A stretch of 64,000 nt of DNA, taken from Hormiphora californensis. Its lineage: Eukaryota > Animalia > Ctenophora. Location: contig CM035357.1 of NCBI GenBank assembly GCA_020137815.1, positions 8,060,001 to 8,124,000 of the forward strand. Direction: 5' to 3'. A program made the translations under genes and the position numbers. The first letter of the stretch is position 1; the number at the start of each line of letters is the position of its first letter. Below, one piece after another: positions 59,430 to 64,000 of the stretch. Below the pieces are notes generated by a model that made no database searches, was not told the origin of the DNA, and was given only the letters and a program-made list of their open reading frames with translations.

Positions 59430-60768
59430 GTAAGTTAATTGAAATAGTCAGGTACTCGCATGGGAAGACCAAATGTAATTTATGTAGTTAGTTCAAAATT
59501 GTCACTGCGCTGGCAAGCACAAACGCCGCCAGAAACGCAGTTATAGCTATACCCCCTGGCCCAAATTAAAGGGAGGGTACGTTGGCCTTCTTTTCACCCA
59601 GAAGTTTAATTTCAATCACTCTGATATTTTGACACAATGTCTGCATGGTTACTCATTCGAGGAATCCGAAGTTTCAGCCCTCTGGATAAAAGTTCATTTT
59701 TTTCGACCGAATGAACATTGAATGAACACCAATATGGGACCATATTTCGGTACCAAAGTTTCACAAATTTGTTTGGCTATCGATTTCCTTTCGAATGGGA
59801 CCAGTTTGAGCTTAATTGGATCACCACAAGAATCACAGTGATCCGTTTTCTAAGCCTAGGGTAAGTCATGTGATCCCCATCAAATTATGACGTGTTAGCA
59901 AGAGAGCTTACATTTTAACGGATGCTGTATCGGTACACTATCTTCATTAGCAGACGTGATACGTGATACTCGACCGTTACACCTGCTTATTGGCACTTAG
60001 TAATGACGCTATCGTCTCATTAGGTGTCAGATGACCAAACCAAGGGTTAGATAACTAGACACTGTGTCTCTTGTGGTGGTCCAATTGAGCTCAAATTAGT
60101 CGCGTTTGAAAGGAAATCGATACCCGAAGGCGACTGTGAAATTCCGGTTCCAAAAAGCATTCCTGTTTTCAAGTTCATTCAGGATTCATTCCAGTCGGAA
60201 AAATGAATTTTAAGATAGAGAGCTTACATTCCGGCTAACATCAAAATTGATCATGTGTAGTGGCCGTACAGATTTTTAGCGCCTGAATTTACCGATTTTT
60301 TGTCAAAACAGGTCAAAATCGGCCCATCCATCACTGAGATATTTTTGTTACTCTCGGGGAATTCCTGCTGGATCAATATTTATCAAACAGGATAGAAACA
60401 ATCCTTGTGTTTTACTAAAAAATTCTATAAATTTTTAATATGCTGAATTGCATTGCTCTGCTTCTGTGCATGGATATGTCAACCTCACTGCTTATATTCA
60501 GAATGTGTTAGTAAAACACGACGATTGATTTTATCCTGTTTGTTACATACTGATTAAACAGGAATTCCCCGAGAGTAACAAAAATATCTCAGTGATGGAT
60601 GGGTCGATTTTGAGCGGCAAAAAGGCAAAATGCTCATAGAACTATTCTCTACAACCTCGAACAAACTTTTCCAATTCTGATTCTGTCCACTCTCATGAGA
60701 GTGAGATCTCACTTTAATTCTGATTAGATCTCATTATAATGAGATCTCATTCATATATAATATTTTAG

Positions 60769-60940
60769 TACAGTCGGACCCCGATTTAGGGACACCCTCG
60801 GGGGAAAGGCTCGAGCCTAAATCGGGGTGTCCACTAAATCGGGGTCAAATAAGGTTAATTTCCTATATCGGGGAAAAAAAATCCTGTCCCTAAGTCGGGG
60901 TGCCACTAAATCGGGGGCCCTAAATCGGGGTCCGACTGTA
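60769..60940. mobile_element. CAGTCGGACCCCGATTTA MITE, inverted copy of 40183-40358
   Basis: Perfect TIRs and TA flanks. Confidence 0.9.
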
Positions 60941-61356
60941 TCTATGATACCTGAAAAAGATTTGGATAACTTCTCTGGCTACCAATCTCAATTTCTCTCT
61001 AGAAAGACCAAAACCAGATATTTTCAGTTTTGACTATTCCGAACTGAGCTCAAGACAGGTTCTATTACAACAAGTGAGTGGATTCAGTGCCTCACAACGG
61101 CCCAACACGCCAAGAAAGAGTTCTTTCCCAGTAAGTTCGGGAAGTGTAAAGAGAGATCATAAGCATAGGCCATAGAGATCACTTACCACTAGTCTCTATT
61201 ATAATTTGGAAATGAACGTCGTCGAAGTGATGGTCGTTCGTTCAGCGTGTTGACGTGTTGTTAGAAAAAAAAGAAAAGATAGAACAAATTTACAATGTCA
61301 TGTTGTACAACATCTCGTATAATATATATAAAAATAGGTTATACTAATAACGTGAT

Positions 61357-62312
61357 TTATAAAAGGAATAGAGGTACTAGATTCATATCTATTAGATCAG
61401 GATAGAATGGGAGAGACCCTCGGTAGCCTCGAATTTGAATTAGTACTGATTTGAGGATGCAAAATGATAATCGTAATCTAATGTATCTAATGGCGTCATT
61501 GTAGCTTTGTTTCGACTTAACCGAGTACAAGCCAGCCAGACGCTTGTAGAACCGCTCTGCTTCTGGTCCGAATGTTCCGATTGTTGAGAACACAAGTGGG
61601 GTGAAGGTAGCTCGTTCCACATTTAGGATTCTCTCCCCATAGGCCCTTTTCTTCTGACCTTCGTGGATCTCCGCGGTTTTCTCGATGGTGTTGATTTGAT
61701 TTGTTGGTGCCAACGAGTTAAATATACGGATGTCCGCAAAAATCTTGTCTCCCTTAGACCAGAAATTTCTTCCAGACACGTCCAGTCTTGCCATTTCCCT
61801 AGTGTTGCTGTTTTTCTTTAGTTCCTCTCCAGTAAGGGGTAACAGTGTTGGCTCGATCTTTACGTCCCCGCATCCGGAATTTTTCATCATTATTGCGGTG
61901 ATGTCTCGGACCTGGTTGTGTCTAGCATTTGTGTATCCACCACTGCATGCATGATAACAAGTGTTCAATAGTAGCTGATTCCCCACAGCCGCATGTCTCA
62001 CTGATATCAGCAAGCGGGAGCATGTACCTTATGGCTAACGCATCTTTGAACTCCTGCTTGTTCAGGACAAATCCATACTCTCTGATGGGCAGAGTGGTGA
62101 GCCAACTAGAAGTTCCCGGCTGCCTGAGATCTTCAATTTGGCGTCTGAGGGGTCCATCGACTTCGGAGATAATATTCTCTAGTTTTTCCAGTGATTCTTT
62201 TTTCTTGTTCTTGGATATTTTCTTGTGTTCTTCGTTCATTTCTTCTTGTTGCTCTGCCCATTCCACATCGTTTATCTCAAGTTTTTGTTGAATGATATTT
62301 TTGACTTGAGAC
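61357..62312 (-). mobile_element. 5'-truncated CRE-clade-like non-LTR retrotransposon fragment, frameshifted
   Basis: GTSSWLTTLP..GFVLNKQEFKDALAIRY...CGCG...HLLSC, then after a frameshift GGYTNARHNQVRD...ARLDVSGRNFW...FADIRIFN...EGQKKRAY..RI..VERATFTPLVFST.G..G.EA...RLSFCILKS..IRGYR. This is a CCHC knuckle plus a PD-(D/E)xK endonuclease. Confidence 0.85.
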
Positions 62313-62890
62313 GGGGGGGGGGGGGACATGTTAATTGTTAATAAATCACCTCTTTTTTTCGATTTTGTTAATTAACGTTAATTAACAAAATTAACAAAAT
62401 TAACAAATGCTAAAAGACTGTTCTTATTGGTTAATAATACGACTTTAACTGGTTTAATTTTATAGTTTAATGAATTATCTAACACATATATACCCAAACA
62501 AGGCCTTTTCCGATAACCAAAGTCCGACATACAGGTTTTTTGGCTCAAAATCGATAAAATTCCAAAAGTTACAAATATTTCAATTTAGCGTATAAAATCT
62601 CACTCTAACGTAATTTTTAAATTGGTAATCGATTCTTTGGACGTAATAAGATGATGTACAACGTTTCTGTTGAAAAAAGAAATAAAATTTTCCCAAAATC
62701 AATTTTTTGGTCAAGGATTGAAAATTTGCTTCGCTACAAATCCTTGTGTTTTTTTAGAAAAATTGATTTTTGGGATATTTTTCGTTTTAAGGTAAATTCA
62801 TGAGTCTTATTTAGTTTTTAGGATGCGAAAATGTGGATTAGTGTCATTTGACTTCAAATGCGGTTTAGTTTGGCTAGTATTTATTAACAT
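62313..62890. mobile_element. Partial, internally deleted copy of the poly-G TIR element at 34097-35880
   Basis: G13-ACATGTTAATTGTTAATAAATCACCTC is the reverse complement of the 35880 end, and the sequence then jumps to the ~34755-34355 segment. Confidence 0.75.
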
Positions 62891-63588
62891 CCATATAATA
62901 AATTCCATAATGTTAGTCAGTCTGTCCGTTAATTGGTTTTTCAAACTCCTCCCACAGTTTTTGAGCTAGACCCCTGAAAATTTGTACACTGGTACCTTGG
63001 ACCAAGGCGGATGTAAGTACGGGCTCAGATTTTTGATCCGATCTTTACAGCAGTGACGTCACGGGGTGACGTCATTGCGACAAAAAGACTTACATTTTTC
63101 AAACGCTTCTAAGACCCTGAAAACGGCTCTAAATCAAAAAACTAACGCAATAGTGGGGAAAGAGAATCGTTTGAACTTCATTTCCCGTAACTCAATGTTT
63201 AAGGGTCGTAAATCGCGTCGGGAAAGTTAAAAATGCCAAAAATACGATATTTTTCACCGTAGCCACCCAAAATCTTATCCAATCGATATGAAACTTGGTC
63301 GTTATGTGAATTTTAATGTCCTTTGGCCAGGGGTTCCCGGAAAACGGATTGGCAAGATGAGAACTGACCGGAGTTCTTATATAATAAATTAATTCATGGT
63401 CAACACGAAACGCAAAAAGTTTCAAAAAGGTGCGGATTTTTAAAAATAAATTGTTTCCAAATAAAATGCAAAGAAATCGCGAGCGCGCGGCAGTTGTTTG
63501 CACCGTTAACTACAAAAAGACTGCGTGCCCCATTTAATTTGTCCGGTTGAACTGAACATGTTTGCGCGCAATATTCACTCACTGCGTA

Positions 63589-63972
63589 TAGTGGGAGACA
63601 CTAGCGTGGTACGCGCAAAAAAATGCGCGCCACACACCTGTTATTTAAGGTATGTGGCGCGCATTTTTTTGCGCGTATAGTCGAATTTTTTAATCAAGGG
63701 ACAGGGGCCGCGCATTTACAAAAGTCTTTTTGCGCGTGCTAAACGTTTTCGCTCATATCTCCTGTTCCTGATAAGATAAAGACTTGATCTTGGATGCGTT
63801 GAAAAGGTCTTAAAATTATCTTTCCAACGCTTTCGGGTTCAAGTCTTAAGATTGCCAGGAACTTGATCTCGATTATCACGCGCAAATACAAAGCCGTGCG
63901 ACCCCTCTGAATGCGCGGCCCCCTGTCCCTTGATTAAAAAATTCGACTTTACCACGCTAGTGTCTCCTACTA
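63589..63972. mobile_element. Nested palindromic MITEs
   Basis: Outer TAGT(G/A)GGAGACACTAGCGTGGTA inverted pair and inner GTCGAATTTTTTAATCAAGGGACAGGGG inverted pair. The inner family also occurs at ~21352-21585 and ~58801-59020. Confidence 0.7.
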
Positions 63973-64000
63973 GTAGTGTGGTCATCGCGCGTTCCCGACA

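Noticed and set aside
60827-61130. Definite terminal exon of TBC1D30
   Set aside because: Direct joining from 59429 gives a stop at 61033, while a longer open frame needs an extra exon whose phase I could not resolve. Left uncalled.

Overview
Eukaryotic (animal) genomic DNA with GT-AG introns that are densely filled with non-autonomous transposons. From memory, two repeat families (GGTCACGTGACTGGTTATCAGCCAATC at ~32018 and the CAGTCGGACCCCGATTTA MITE) resemble those of cydippid ctenophores (Pleurobrachia/Hormiphora); this assignment is unverified. Four multi-exon genes can be assembled by hand: a two-pore-domain K+ channel (minus strand, runs off the left edge), the spliceosomal helicase Aquarius (plus, 29 exons, 9400-24817), GDP-mannose pyrophosphorylase B (minus, 10 exons, 36466-25183) and a TBC1D30-like Rab-GAP (plus, from 40561, 3' end uncertain). 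There are also two CRE-type (restriction-like endonuclease) LINE fragments, one RTEX/L2-like LINE fragment, a tRNA-like sequence, many palindromic MITEs, Helentron-like elements and satellites. The most unusual items are: (1) a 2.36-kb non-coding retroposon with a 17-bp TSD, a (CA)n tail and four copies of a putative pseudoknot RNA module; (2) an array of about 31 copies of a 36-bp unit that multiplies an Aquarius 5' splice site; (3) a 5.3-kb TIR element flanked by a 303-bp duplication that leaves a decoy splice acceptor in GMPPB; (4) splice acceptors just upstream of several start codons, suggesting SL trans-splicing. Region ~2150-5200 looks like low-quality consensus. All coordinates were read by eye and may be off by a few bases.
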